Shown one piece after another: positions 52,896-61,725 of a DNA stretch of 64,000 nt. Position numbers and translations under genes: made by a program. Under the pieces are notes generated by a model. That model saw only the letters and a list, made by a program, of their open reading frames with translations. It was not told the origin of the DNA and made no database searches. Positions within the stretch are counted from its first letter, which is position 1. The number at the start of each line of letters is the position of its first letter. The stretch comes from Nanobdellota archaeon (lineage in GTDB: Archaea > Nanobdellota > Nanobdellia > Pacearchaeales > GW2011-AR1). The DNA lies in NCBI GenBank assembly GCA_038045405.1, contig JBBSYF010000001.1, positions 1,832 to 65,831 of the forward strand, given 5' to 3'.

Positions 52896-55211
52896 TCACA
52901 CCTTCTGCTTCTTTAATTCCTCACTAAACCACTTCAGCCAAAGAGGATAAACTTTTTCCATTAGAGGTAATCCAATTTCTTGTCGAACTTCGTCAGAAAT
53001 TCTGTGGAACGCATGATTTGCTTGTGCATTAAACTCTGCTTCGAGAATTTTATAATTATTTATTCTCTTTGCAGTATTCACAATTTCTTCCTTAATTTTT
53101 GCTCTTAGCAGAATATTATCCCAAACAGCATCCCAGTTTCCAGCCCAACCTTTTACATTAGAAGCAACATCTTTGATAATCTCACTGTCGCCATTAATCA
53201 AATCTTCCGTCGGCTCCAGCTCGTCGGTTTCAACATTATACTTGAACAAATCAACAAACCCTTTTTCTTCTAAAGGATCAACTTTCCAATGTTTTCTAAC
53301 TTCGGAAATTTGAACAACTCTTTTCCAAGAGTGCAATCCATCTGCGGTCTTTATCGGGTTTGCTACGATAATTATGTCCGTTGCTTTAAAACTCGTAGCA
53401 GGAACTTTAAGGTCATTAACAACTCTGTCAAAAACCCCATAAGGTGAAGCACCGTGAATCGTTCCTGCAACTACATTTGCCAACGCTCCAACCCTCATCG
53501 CTTCATACAAAGCCTGTGCTTCTACGCTTCTTACTTCCCCTATAATCAAACTGCTGTCCCCCAATCTTAAACTGGTTCTTATTCCATCATCGGCAGAAAC
53601 TTCCGTAGTTGTTTTCAAAAGCGCAGACCGAACTTTCATTCTGAGGATGTCATATTTTAATTTCCTCATAGACTCAACGGGAAGTTCTAAGGAGTCTTCA
53701 ATTACAATAACACGATACTTAGGAATAATTTCCAACATTAAACTTCCAAGCAAACTAGTTTTTCCGCTGCTTCTTGTACCAGCCACAAGTAGTGTTCTCG
53801 AACCATCAACCAAAAAACTTAGAAAACCTGCAGCAAGAGGATTTATCATTTTATTTTGTACAAACAAAGGTAATGTCCAAGGCTCCTCCCTATGTCTTCT
53901 AATTGCATACGACAGCCCATCTGGACTCAACGGCCTTTGTACTATCGCTATTCTCGCTCTAACTTGCCCAAGCTTTGAAGAACTTCCTAGCTCAAGTTGA
54001 GTATCAAGTATTGGATTTGCTTCATCTAACGGCCTCCCAGAAATTAATCTAAATTTCGCAGCCCAGGAGTCTATGTCCTCTTGACTTGGAATTATATTTG
54101 TTAAACATTCATCAAACTCTTGGTGACGAACAAAAATAGGAATCATTGAAACCGGTGCATTCAAAGAAATATCTTGAAGTTTTTTATCTTGAAGTAAAAC
54201 TTCAATAAGCCCAAAGCCGATGGTATGCCTTACAAGAATTGTTGCCAGTTTGTTCAAGTCTTGATAAGAAACTTTCAAACCTTTGCTTTGTGCCAAATCT
54301 TGGAGCAAATCTTTTGAAATATTAAAAAAAACTTGTCTTGTTCTTTCAGTATCTGTAAATTCCTCTGCCTTTGGTTGGTGTTCTATCAATACTCCTCTTG
54401 CTAAATTCAAAAGCATTCCTTGATCCTCGGGTAAAATATTTTCCGGAGGCACTAAATGGTAAATTAATTTTGGCTCATCTCTTTTTTTTAAAATAGTTAC
54501 AAGAGACGTATCGTAATCCTCACTTGAGATTTCGTACTGGTCTACAATCTCTGCTTCTTCCGGCAAATCAGAAATAAGTCTTGTAAATGTAAAATTAGGG
54601 ATAACATCAGGTCGAAAAAGTTTTTCGTATATGTTTCTACTTCCTTTTTTGTAATCTTGCATATAAGGAATAGCCTCGCTGATGAGACTCAGTTTTTCCA
54701 TCATCAACAAAGTTTTTTCTAACAAGCTTATGTAACTAGATTGGTCATTTCTGTATTGTGCCCCTATTTTTTCAAGATTTATTCTTGCTTGAAGAATTAT
54801 TTTCCTTAACTCAAAGTAAGCGGAAATAGAATCTCTTTTCAAAAAGGAAAGGAAGGTAAAAATTTCATTATACCTATTGGGAAAAAATTGGTCATGTCCA
54901 GTTGTTAGTTTATCTTTCGAGAGAATTTTTTCTTGTTGAACAAGGTATGTGTAAAAGTGAGCAATCTCAAGCAAAAAATTTGTTTCTTTGAAATCATAGT
55001 TGTAGTTTTTTTGTTGAAGAAAAACAACTCTTGAAACATTTGGATTTTCAGCAAGAGCATCAACAGTTTTTTCCATAACCTCTGGAGATTCAGCAAGGCT
55101 TGGAACAAACGGGGCGCCCATATAATTTATGTAAAGAATGTCTTCTCCCCCTTCACGCCTAACTTCGTAAGAATAAAGTGTTTGTCCTCCTTTTCCACCT
55201 GTTTGCGCCAT
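52896..55211 (-). CDS. Type II/IV secretion-system ATPase (FlaI/PilB/VirB11 superfamily)
   Basis: Walker A 'GTRSSGKTSLL' and Walker B 'VIVIEDSLEL' are present. 'GEVRSVEAQALYEAMRVG' and the His box 'GTIHGAS' are also present. The N-terminal region is long. Confidence 0.85.
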   Translation of the reverse strand: MAQTGGKGGQTLYSYEVRREGGEDILYINYMGAPFVPSLAESPEVMEKTVDALAENPNVSRVVFLQQKNYNYDFKETNFLLEIAHFYTYLVQQEKILSKDKLTTGHDQFFPNRYNEIFTFLSFLKRDSISAYFELRKIILQARINLEKIGAQYRNDQSSYISLLEKTLLMMEKLSLISEAIPYMQDYKKGSRNIYEKLFRPDVIPNFTFTRLISDLPEEAEIVDQYEISSEDYDTSLVTILKKRDEPKLIYHLVPPENILPEDQGMLLNLARGVLIEHQPKAEEFTDTERTRQVFFNISKDLLQDLAQSKGLKVSYQDLNKLATILVRHTIGFGLIEVLLQDKKLQDISLNAPVSMIPIFVRHQEFDECLTNIIPSQEDIDSWAAKFRLISGRPLDEANPILDTQLELGSSSKLGQVRARIAIVQRPLSPDGLSYAIRRHREEPWTLPLFVQNKMINPLAAGFLSFLVDGSRTLLVAGTRSSGKTSLLGSLMLEIIPKYRVIVIEDSLELPVESMRKLKYDILRMKVRSALLKTTTEVSADDGIRTSLRLGDSSLIIGEVRSVEAQALYEAMRVGALANVVAGTIHGASPYGVFDRVVNDLKVPATSFKATDIIIVANPIKTADGLHSWKRVVQISEVRKHWKVDPLEEKGFVDLFKYNVETDELEPTEDLINGDSEIIKDVASNVKGWAGNWDAVWDNILLRAKIKEEIVNTAKRINNYKILEAEFNAQANHAFHRISDEVRQEIGLPLMEKVYPLWLKWFSEELKKQKV

Positions 55212-55269
55212 TATGTACTCAAAAGACTAAAGGACTTTAAAATATTTTATGTTAGGAAGAATTTAGTTT

Positions 55270-58200
55270 CTAATTTCCTCCGAATACTCCTTTAACCCAT
55301 CGAACTAATTTTTTAAAGAAACCTACGTTCACTTCAGTGCATTTACTTTCTGAACAAAGATTGCTCTTACATTCGAAGTTATTTCCACAAGATTCATCAA
55401 CATTTTTTTGTCTTACGAATTTTGTTTCATCAGAGCAGTAGTCTATGTTAGACCTATGCCCCAAATTGTAACATTTTTGCCCAACTAAACATCCATTACA
55501 ATTTTCAGATGAACTTCTTTTAGATGTTGAAGGTGTTGAAGAGCTAGCAACAGCAGCAGATGCTGAAGGAGAGTTTACTAAGCTAGAAGAAGTTGTTGAA
55601 AAAGTTAACATATAGTCTTCCGTATCTTTATTTCCAGCGAGGTCAACACATCTTATATAAACTTTATTTGTGCCTGCTGACACTAAAAAACCCGCTCGGC
55701 TATGAGAAACTTTATACTGTGAATTGGAAGTATAAGTAAATGAATTTGGCATTTTATCGTATTCAACTTTTGATGTTAATGCGTATTTACATCTAGATTC
55801 TTCGTCAGTTTCTATAGATATTGTAGTTTGAGTCGTTTCTGATAGAAGAGTTCCACTCGGCTTTCCACTTGATATTTTTGGAGCAATAGTGTCTATTAAA
55901 GCTGCTGTGCCAGAAGATGCTCTATTTGGATTAACAGTCATATCTTTGGAAACAGTGCCACCAGGACCATTACACGTTAAAGTAAACTTAGAACTGTTTA
56001 TTACTCCCCCACCGACACATCCAACACAGAATATACCTTTCTGGCTTGGAGTAACTAAACCATAAGAATTGAAAACATTATCGTTATACAGTGTTCCATT
56101 CCTAAACATCTGACATCTATTGATGTTAGTTGCACTCCAGTTTAAAACTACTGAACCACCAGAGACCACACTAACAGGAGCATAAGAACCGCCATAATTA
56201 AAATCAAGGGTTGGAGCAGAAGAAGAGGTTGGATTAGAAGAACAGTAAGCAGAAGGATTTGTAAAAGATATTGTGCTTGTAGCATAGGTTTCTGTACCAG
56301 TAAGTTTACATTTAACATTAAACGTGTTAAGCCCGACAGAGATAGGAACTTCTGCTCTGATGTCTAATCTATCCCCAACATTTGTAACAGAGGGCATAGA
56401 CTTCATCAAGTTGTAGTCTGTACTTGTTTTAGAATATCTACACTCAGAAATTCGATTAGGCCAAACTATGATAGTTGCCTCATCCTGTCGACAATTCATA
56501 TATCCAGAACCAGTATATCCACCCAACGTTCCAGAGGGCGAAGTTGAAACAATTGAAAAAGCAGGACAATCTCTTTTTTCTGTAATAACAGAATCACACG
56601 AACCACATGTCCTTGTTTGTTTATTACTACTGTCGCATGCTATAGAGTACATTATGTGCGGAGGACAAGTGGCTGCTGAAGGAGCCGGAGTACAACACAA
56701 TCCACCATAACACGTTTTTGCATTTCCGCATACTGCTAAAGTATTCGTTGCAGTGCATTCTGTTCCGCCTTTCAAAAGATCTTGGCATCTTGTTTTGAAA
56801 GATTGTGATGTTAAATCTAAAGTAGGATCAAAAGCATTTCCAATTAACAAATCTTGTGCTAAAATTTTTATGTCTCCATTTCCGTAAACAGTTGCACTTC
56901 CTATTCCATAAACAAAACAAGATGAAAGAGCTTGGTCCAATCTCCACTGTCTCCATGAAGAGCCATAACCGTCTCCAACCAATCCTATATCAGCCATTTT
57001 CTGTGAACACTGAGGGATATTCATATTTTGGCATACTCTAGAAACTGATTGGGCAACAAGTGATTTTTTAGAAGAATCAAGTGCTTTTACAAAGTTATAC
57101 CTTTCCAACCACCCGGATGGGGGACCGTTCGTTGATGAACCTAAAGGAACTTCAAAATAATAATAACCAAGAAGATAATTCGCAACAACATTTCCTGCTT
57201 CATTTTGAATTTGAGAACAACTGTTGCTCAGCCCAATCATTGCCATAGAAATATCTCCGTTTGCTATCCCAACTCTTAATCCACTAGATGGTGCAAAATT
57301 CAAGCATGCGTAATTTTTCCATCCACCTCCAGTACCAAAACAACCAGCATAATCACAATAACATCCTGCAGGATCATTAATAATTAATTCTCCATCTGGA
57401 GTTTTACAATTAGGGTCAGTAGTGCCAACAGCGGGAAAGCATCCATTCCATCCACACTTGTTTGCTGTTCCCGTAGGAGTACAAGAACCAACATCACAAG
57501 ACCATCCTTGTGTACCAGGAACATTATTTTTCCATCCTCCCGTCGCAGAACATTTTGTATTATCTGGATTTCCAGTACATGGTGCATTCGTTTGAGTTGC
57601 AAGTATTCTTTTCCTTCCATCATCATAACAAAAGGCTTTGCTTATGTCTTCGTATCCCCATTGACATGTTGGAGGAGTTGTTGAAATGCAACCTTGGGTT
57701 TCTGTTTTAGGAGTAGCACAGTTGGAAGAAGTACAACTTCTTGTTTGCTGATTGTTTACACATGATACTGTTGACCAATCCGGGAGATTGCAATTAGGAG
57801 TACATGCAGCCGCAGTTGTTTTGCATTCTGCAACATTATTTGTTGTTTGACAAGTTTGTCCTGCCGTAGTACATGCCGTTGCAGTACCCCACACACCACA
57901 ACTATTTGTTGAAGATGTTACTACACATGTTTGTATTTGCGCCCCACTTGCCCCACCACACTTTTTTGTTCCAACAGTACATGCTGTTGTTGGACATCCT
58001 GTTCCGGCATTTTGCACACAACTTGCTTTTTTTGTATTTAAGTCATATTCACATTTTTGTGTTGAAGTACATGCAGTTTTATCTGCAAATTTAATACAAT
58101 TATTTACTGTATCTTTAACACATACTAAAGGAACATTTCTGTAATAGGAACACATTTCATCACCTACACCACCCCCTGCACAAAATGAGTCTGTAGGTGT

Positions 58201-58530
58201 ACATGCCTTTAGTGGGGCCACATAGGTACAAGCGTCTGTCTCTTGTTTATCCGAAGCACAGTTATTCAAATCAGTGCACGTTCTCGTACGTTGGCTATTT
58301 GTTCCGCAAGCAGACCAGTCTCCGCAACTCCAACCGGAGGTGCATGAAGAAGTAGAACAAAAACCAAGCCAGTTGCAGTATTGATCCGTATTACAGTCAT
58401 CATTAGTCTCGCATGATCGAATGACACTCCCAGTAATTTTTCCAAAAGAATTAGTTAAAAAATTTGCGGAAGCAAATGAAGAAACAAGAATCAGTATAAA
58501 GATTACACTAAAGAACAGCCCTCTTTTCAT
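55270..58530 (-). CDS. Cysteine-rich secreted protein with TSP1-like repeats and Ig/HYR-like domains (putative adhesin)
   Basis: The Sec-type signal is 'MKRGLFFSVIFILILVSSFASA/N'. Repeats include 'WSCGDWSACGTNSQRTRTCTDLNNC', 'DWSTVSCVNNQQTRSCTSSNC' and 'IACDSSNKQTRTCGSC'. An Ig/HYR-like segment 'YIRCVDLAGN' is present. The start was taken at the internal ATG, whereas the track start is 58590. Confidence 0.75.
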   Translation of the reverse strand: MKRGLFFSVIFILILVSSFASANFLTNSFGKITGSVIRSCETNDDCNTDQYCNWLGFCSTSSCTSGWSCGDWSACGTNSQRTRTCTDLNNCASDKQETDACTYVAPLKACTPTDSFCAGGGVGDEMCSYYRNVPLVCVKDTVNNCIKFADKTACTSTQKCEYDLNTKKASCVQNAGTGCPTTACTVGTKKCGGASGAQIQTCVVTSSTNSCGVWGTATACTTAGQTCQTTNNVAECKTTAAACTPNCNLPDWSTVSCVNNQQTRSCTSSNCATPKTETQGCISTTPPTCQWGYEDISKAFCYDDGRKRILATQTNAPCTGNPDNTKCSATGGWKNNVPGTQGWSCDVGSCTPTGTANKCGWNGCFPAVGTTDPNCKTPDGELIINDPAGCYCDYAGCFGTGGGWKNYACLNFAPSSGLRVGIANGDISMAMIGLSNSCSQIQNEAGNVVANYLLGYYYFEVPLGSSTNGPPSGWLERYNFVKALDSSKKSLVAQSVSRVCQNMNIPQCSQKMADIGLVGDGYGSSWRQWRLDQALSSCFVYGIGSATVYGNGDIKILAQDLLIGNAFDPTLDLTSQSFKTRCQDLLKGGTECTATNTLAVCGNAKTCYGGLCCTPAPSAATCPPHIMYSIACDSSNKQTRTCGSCDSVITEKRDCPAFSIVSTSPSGTLGGYTGSGYMNCRQDEATIIVWPNRISECRYSKTSTDYNLMKSMPSVTNVGDRLDIRAEVPISVGLNTFNVKCKLTGTETYATSTISFTNPSAYCSSNPTSSSAPTLDFNYGGSYAPVSVVSGGSVVLNWSATNINRCQMFRNGTLYNDNVFNSYGLVTPSQKGIFCVGCVGGGVINSSKFTLTCNGPGGTVSKDMTVNPNRASSGTAALIDTIAPKISSGKPSGTLLSETTQTTISIETDEESRCKYALTSKVEYDKMPNSFTYTSNSQYKVSHSRAGFLVSAGTNKVYIRCVDLAGNKDTEDYMLTFSTTSSSLVNSPSASAAVASSSTPSTSKRSSSENCNGCLVGQKCYNLGHRSNIDYCSDETKFVRQKNVDESCGNNFECKSNLCSESKCTEVNVGFFKKLVRWVKGVFGGN

Positions 58531-58623
58531 TTTAGACTTAAACAAATTCAGATTTAAATTGTTTTCCGTTTTTGTTAACATAACAAGCACAACAAATTTA
58601 AACCGTTTTCTCCTCTAGTTATA

Positions 58624-58971
58624 ATGGCGGGTGAACAAAATTATGGTGATTCTCAAGGTGGACAACTTACTTCTGAATTTGCAACAAAGCTCCGAGACTT
58701 AGAAGAAAAGCAGAGAATGATAAAAGACAGGCTTCTTCTTATAGGACAAAATCTTGTTGAAACAAAGGAAAAAACAAACTCTGACATCCTTGAAATAAAA
58801 AGAGATTTAGAAATTATTAAGTCTACAATGAACAGACTTGTTTCTTTTTTAGAAACAGCATCTCAGGAATTTTCCAAATTTGCAAGAAAAGAGGACCTTG
58901 AAATTCTTTCAAAGCAAGCGAAGATGTTTCAACCTCTTAATTTTGTATTAAAAAAAGATTTGAAAAATTAA
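58624..58971 (+). CDS. Coiled-coil protein (115 aa)
   Basis: The sequence has a heptad-like charged pattern. The gene is divergently oriented from the pilus operon. Confidence 0.4.
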   Translation: MAGEQNYGDSQGGQLTSEFATKLRDLEEKQRMIKDRLLLIGQNLVETKEKTNSDILEIKRDLEIIKSTMNRLVSFLETASQEFSKFARKEDLEILSKQAKMFQPLNFVLKKDLKN

Positions 58972-59008
58972 AAGATAATTAAATAAAACCAAAATAACTT
59001 ATATAAAA

Positions 59009-59893
59009 ATGGGAACATTAGAACAGGTAATGGATTTGAAAAGTAAAGGAACTTCTGATTCTGATATCATAAGCATCCTAAAAGAACAAGGCATTTCCCC
59101 AAAAGCAATAAGCGAAGCTCTTAGTCAGGCAAAAATAAAGGGGGCAGTTTCTTCTGGAAATGGAAACGATGAAGGAATGGAAAGATCAATTCTAAGACCA
59201 GACACAGCAGAAGACCTTCCTACAGAAGGTTCAATCTCTGACGAAGATTTAACACCCCCACCCAGAGGGTTACCTGCTTTCATGCAACAAAGAAGTTATG
59301 TTCCACTCCATCAAGAGGAGGGTGAAGAGGTATACGTTCCACAACCTCAAGAAGACGCAGGTAATTATAATACTCAAGCACAGGGGTATCAATACCAACC
59401 ACAAGAATATACTCAACAAGAAGGTTCAGAGTATCAACCAGGGGCAATGGCTTCTTCAGATACAGACACTATAATAGAGATTTCGGAACAAGTCTTTGCA
59501 GAAAGAATGAAAGGAGCAGTAAAACAACTTGAATCTTTAATTGAATTCAAAACTCTCTCAGAAACGAAGATAGAAAACATTTCTCATCGACTTGCAAGAT
59601 TAGAAGCCTCGATTGACAAACTTCAGATAGCAATACTTGAAAAAGTGGGTTCTTATGGTAGGGGGTTGGACACTGTTAAAAAAGAAATGGAAATGGTTGA
59701 AGATTCCTTCAGTAAGATTGTAAATAAGGTTGCAGAAAAACATTCTGGCGCAGAACATTATCAAACGCAACACCTTGCACAACAACATCACACTCAATCA
59801 CAGCCCCAACATACTACACATAGAATTGAAAAGAAAACAACAGTTGTTCACAAATCTCAAAAGCCAGCAGCAAAAAAACATTCTAAGAAATAA
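59009..59893 (+). CDS. Protein with a small N-terminal helical domain, an acidic Q/E/P-rich linker and a C-terminal coiled coil
   Basis: The N-terminal domain reads 'LEQVMDLKSKGTSDSDIISILKEQGISPKAISEALSQA'. A low-complexity region follows. The coiled coil includes 'LESLIEFKTLSETKIENISHRLARLEASIDKLQ'. Confidence 0.4.
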   Translation: MGTLEQVMDLKSKGTSDSDIISILKEQGISPKAISEALSQAKIKGAVSSGNGNDEGMERSILRPDTAEDLPTEGSISDEDLTPPPRGLPAFMQQRSYVPLHQEEGEEVYVPQPQEDAGNYNTQAQGYQYQPQEYTQQEGSEYQPGAMASSDTDTIIEISEQVFAERMKGAVKQLESLIEFKTLSETKIENISHRLARLEASIDKLQIAILEKVGSYGRGLDTVKKEMEMVEDSFSKIVNKVAEKHSGAEHYQTQHLAQQHHTQSQPQHTTHRIEKKTTVVHKSQKPAAKKHSKK

Positions 59894-60010
59894 GAAAATT
59901 TTAATTTAAACATTTAGATAAAATAATTTTTTAACGTAGTAAAATCGATATAACTTAAACCGTAAGTTTTACATTAATACTTTATTCTTTCCCAACTTCT
60001 GAACTAAGAA

Positions 60011-60577
60011 TTAAGGCGCTCTGTACATAGGTGTTGGATAAGGAGGTGTTGCTGGTGTACTAACACCCACAACAGCACCGATAGCAACTAACACAATTAC
60101 CACCGTAGTAATCAAGGGTAAATTAGCATAAATCCAATATCCTATATTAGAAGTTCCAAATCCCAAATCTCCAAAAGATTTTGTGATGACAACTAAGAAA
60201 ACAATAACTGCAACTCCCATAAGGAGATAGTTCCACTTATGTGTTGGATCGGCAGGCATAAAGAGGCCCGTTAGTATCATAAGAACGAGAATTACAGAGA
60301 GTCCTATACCTAATCTTGGAAATATATCAGAGAAAAAAATTGGAACTACATTAAACTGCAAAGATAAAAGCCCAATAACTAATGCTATAACCGCATTAAG
60401 CCCTTTATTTGCTTCTCCAAAAATTTTGGCTCTCGTTAATATTCCAAAGATAACAGTGAATATCAAAAGGAATGGAAGAACATAAGCAAAAAATCCTGCT
60501 TGCTCCCAATAAGAAAGTAGGTCACCTACACTACCACCGTAGAATCCACCCATTGCTAAAAATAGTCCGCTAAACAT
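60011..60577 (-). CDS. Polytopic membrane protein (paralog of 60704-61204)
   Basis: It shares 'FxLPFLLIFxxxFGxLxxxKIFG' with its neighbour. The start was taken at the ATG at 60577, whereas the track start is TTG. Confidence 0.5.
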   Translation of the reverse strand: MFSGLFLAMGGFYGGSVGDLLSYWEQAGFFAYVLPFLLIFTVIFGILTRAKIFGEANKGLNAVIALVIGLLSLQFNVVPIFFSDIFPRLGIGLSVILVLMILTGLFMPADPTHKWNYLLMGVAVIVFLVVITKSFGDLGFGTSNIGYWIYANLPLITTVVIVLVAIGAVVGVSTPATPPYPTPMYRAP

Positions 60578-60599
60578 ATTCTCATTTGCCAAATATTCT

Positions 60600-60679
60600 T
60601 TAAATAGTTTTCGAGACTATACTATAGAAAAGTATTTTTGAAAAAACAACGATTTTTGATTAAATAGTTTTCGAGACTA
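60600..60679 (-). promoter_or_regulatory. Duplicated BRE/TATA promoter module (two copies exactly 60 bp apart)
   Basis: The plus-strand TTAAATAGTTTTCGAGACTA occurs at 60600-60619 and at 60660-60679. On the minus strand this reads TCTCGAAAACTATTTAA. The proximal copy lies about 22-31 nt upstream of the ATG at 60577. Confidence 0.5.
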
Positions 60680-60703
60680 AAATATAAAGAAATATTTTAC
60701 GAA

Positions 60704-61204
60704 TTACTTTCCAGGTTTAAGAACAAGTGCAAGTGCTGCTATTACAACAACAACAAAAGAGGCATTAGTCCAAAAGTCCTTGCTCCAACCACTCTTAAAG
60801 ACAAAATCATATACACTTACAAAAAATATACCTTGAACCCCAAGAGCCCAAAGAAGAGCAGCAACTGTAGCAATAACAATAACCAATCCAATGAAATATC
60901 TTAATCCTGCTGGGGCTTCATTGAACTTAAGAGTATCACCTGCAACAAATCCCCAAAGTAAAAGTGCTACAAACATTGTTACAAGTGCGATTGTTAAAAA
61001 GAGAATAAGATTTCCAACAACTAGCTTAGGAAATATAGCACCAACAAAGATTAAACCTATTACAAAAGCAATACCTGCGTTAAGTTGTTTAGCTTGACCA
61101 AAAATCTTTGACTTCTCCAAAACTCCGAAAGCTATAAAGAATATTAGAAGGAAAGGGAATATGAACTGAGTAAAAACCCAGTGTTGTAATATCGTTTCAG
61201 CCAT
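60704..61204 (-). CDS. Polytopic membrane protein (paralog of 60011-60577)
   Basis: 'FIFPFLLIFFIAFGVLEKSKIFGQAKQLNAGIAFVIGLIF' aligns with the neighbouring gene. Confidence 0.5.
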   Translation of the reverse strand: MAETILQHWVFTQFIFPFLLIFFIAFGVLEKSKIFGQAKQLNAGIAFVIGLIFVGAIFPKLVVGNLILFLTIALVTMFVALLLWGFVAGDTLKFNEAPAGLRYFIGLVIVIATVAALLWALGVQGIFFVSVYDFVFKSGWSKDFWTNASFVVVVIAALALVLKPGK

Positions 61205-61277
61205 TAGTTAAGAAATGATAAAGCGTATTTAAATATTTTCATGTTATACTTATAACTAGCAAAAATTAGTTAGGAAC

Positions 61278-61574
61278 TTAGGCTTCACTTACTTCTTCCA
61301 TGCCCATTCCCATTCCAGACTCAGAACTTGGAAGTGCTGCTTTGCTTATGATGAAAACATCACTTATTGCTCTAACAAACTGATGAGGAATGATTACACC
61401 ACGAGCGCCACCGATTAAAGACATGATACTTCCACCAACTCTTATTCTCCAGCCGTCTATCTTGTTCTCTTGTAAGTTAGCTTCTTCAATCTCTCCGAAG
61501 TATTCTCCAGAGTCCGTATAGACTCTTGCTCCCAAAACTTCTGTTACTTTCTTTACTCTCATATTAAAATTCAT
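61278..61574 (-). CDS. PRC-barrel domain protein
   Basis: 'VTEVLGARVYTDSGEYFGEIEEANLQENKIDGWRIRVGG' is typical of archaeal PRC-barrel proteins. Confidence 0.6.
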   Translation of the reverse strand: MNFNMRVKKVTEVLGARVYTDSGEYFGEIEEANLQENKIDGWRIRVGGSIMSLIGGARGVIIPHQFVRAISDVFIISKAALPSSESGMGMGMEEVSEA

Positions 61575-61725
61575 TCAAGTTTATTTAAATACTTTTCCGT
61601 AATTCACCACCATAATTATTTAGCAGTTTTCGAGTACAAAAATGAACAAAACATCTAGGGAAAGCTAAAAAACAGGGTTTAGTAAAAATGGCAAACTTTA
61701 TAAAAAAATAATTCGTGACTAAAAC

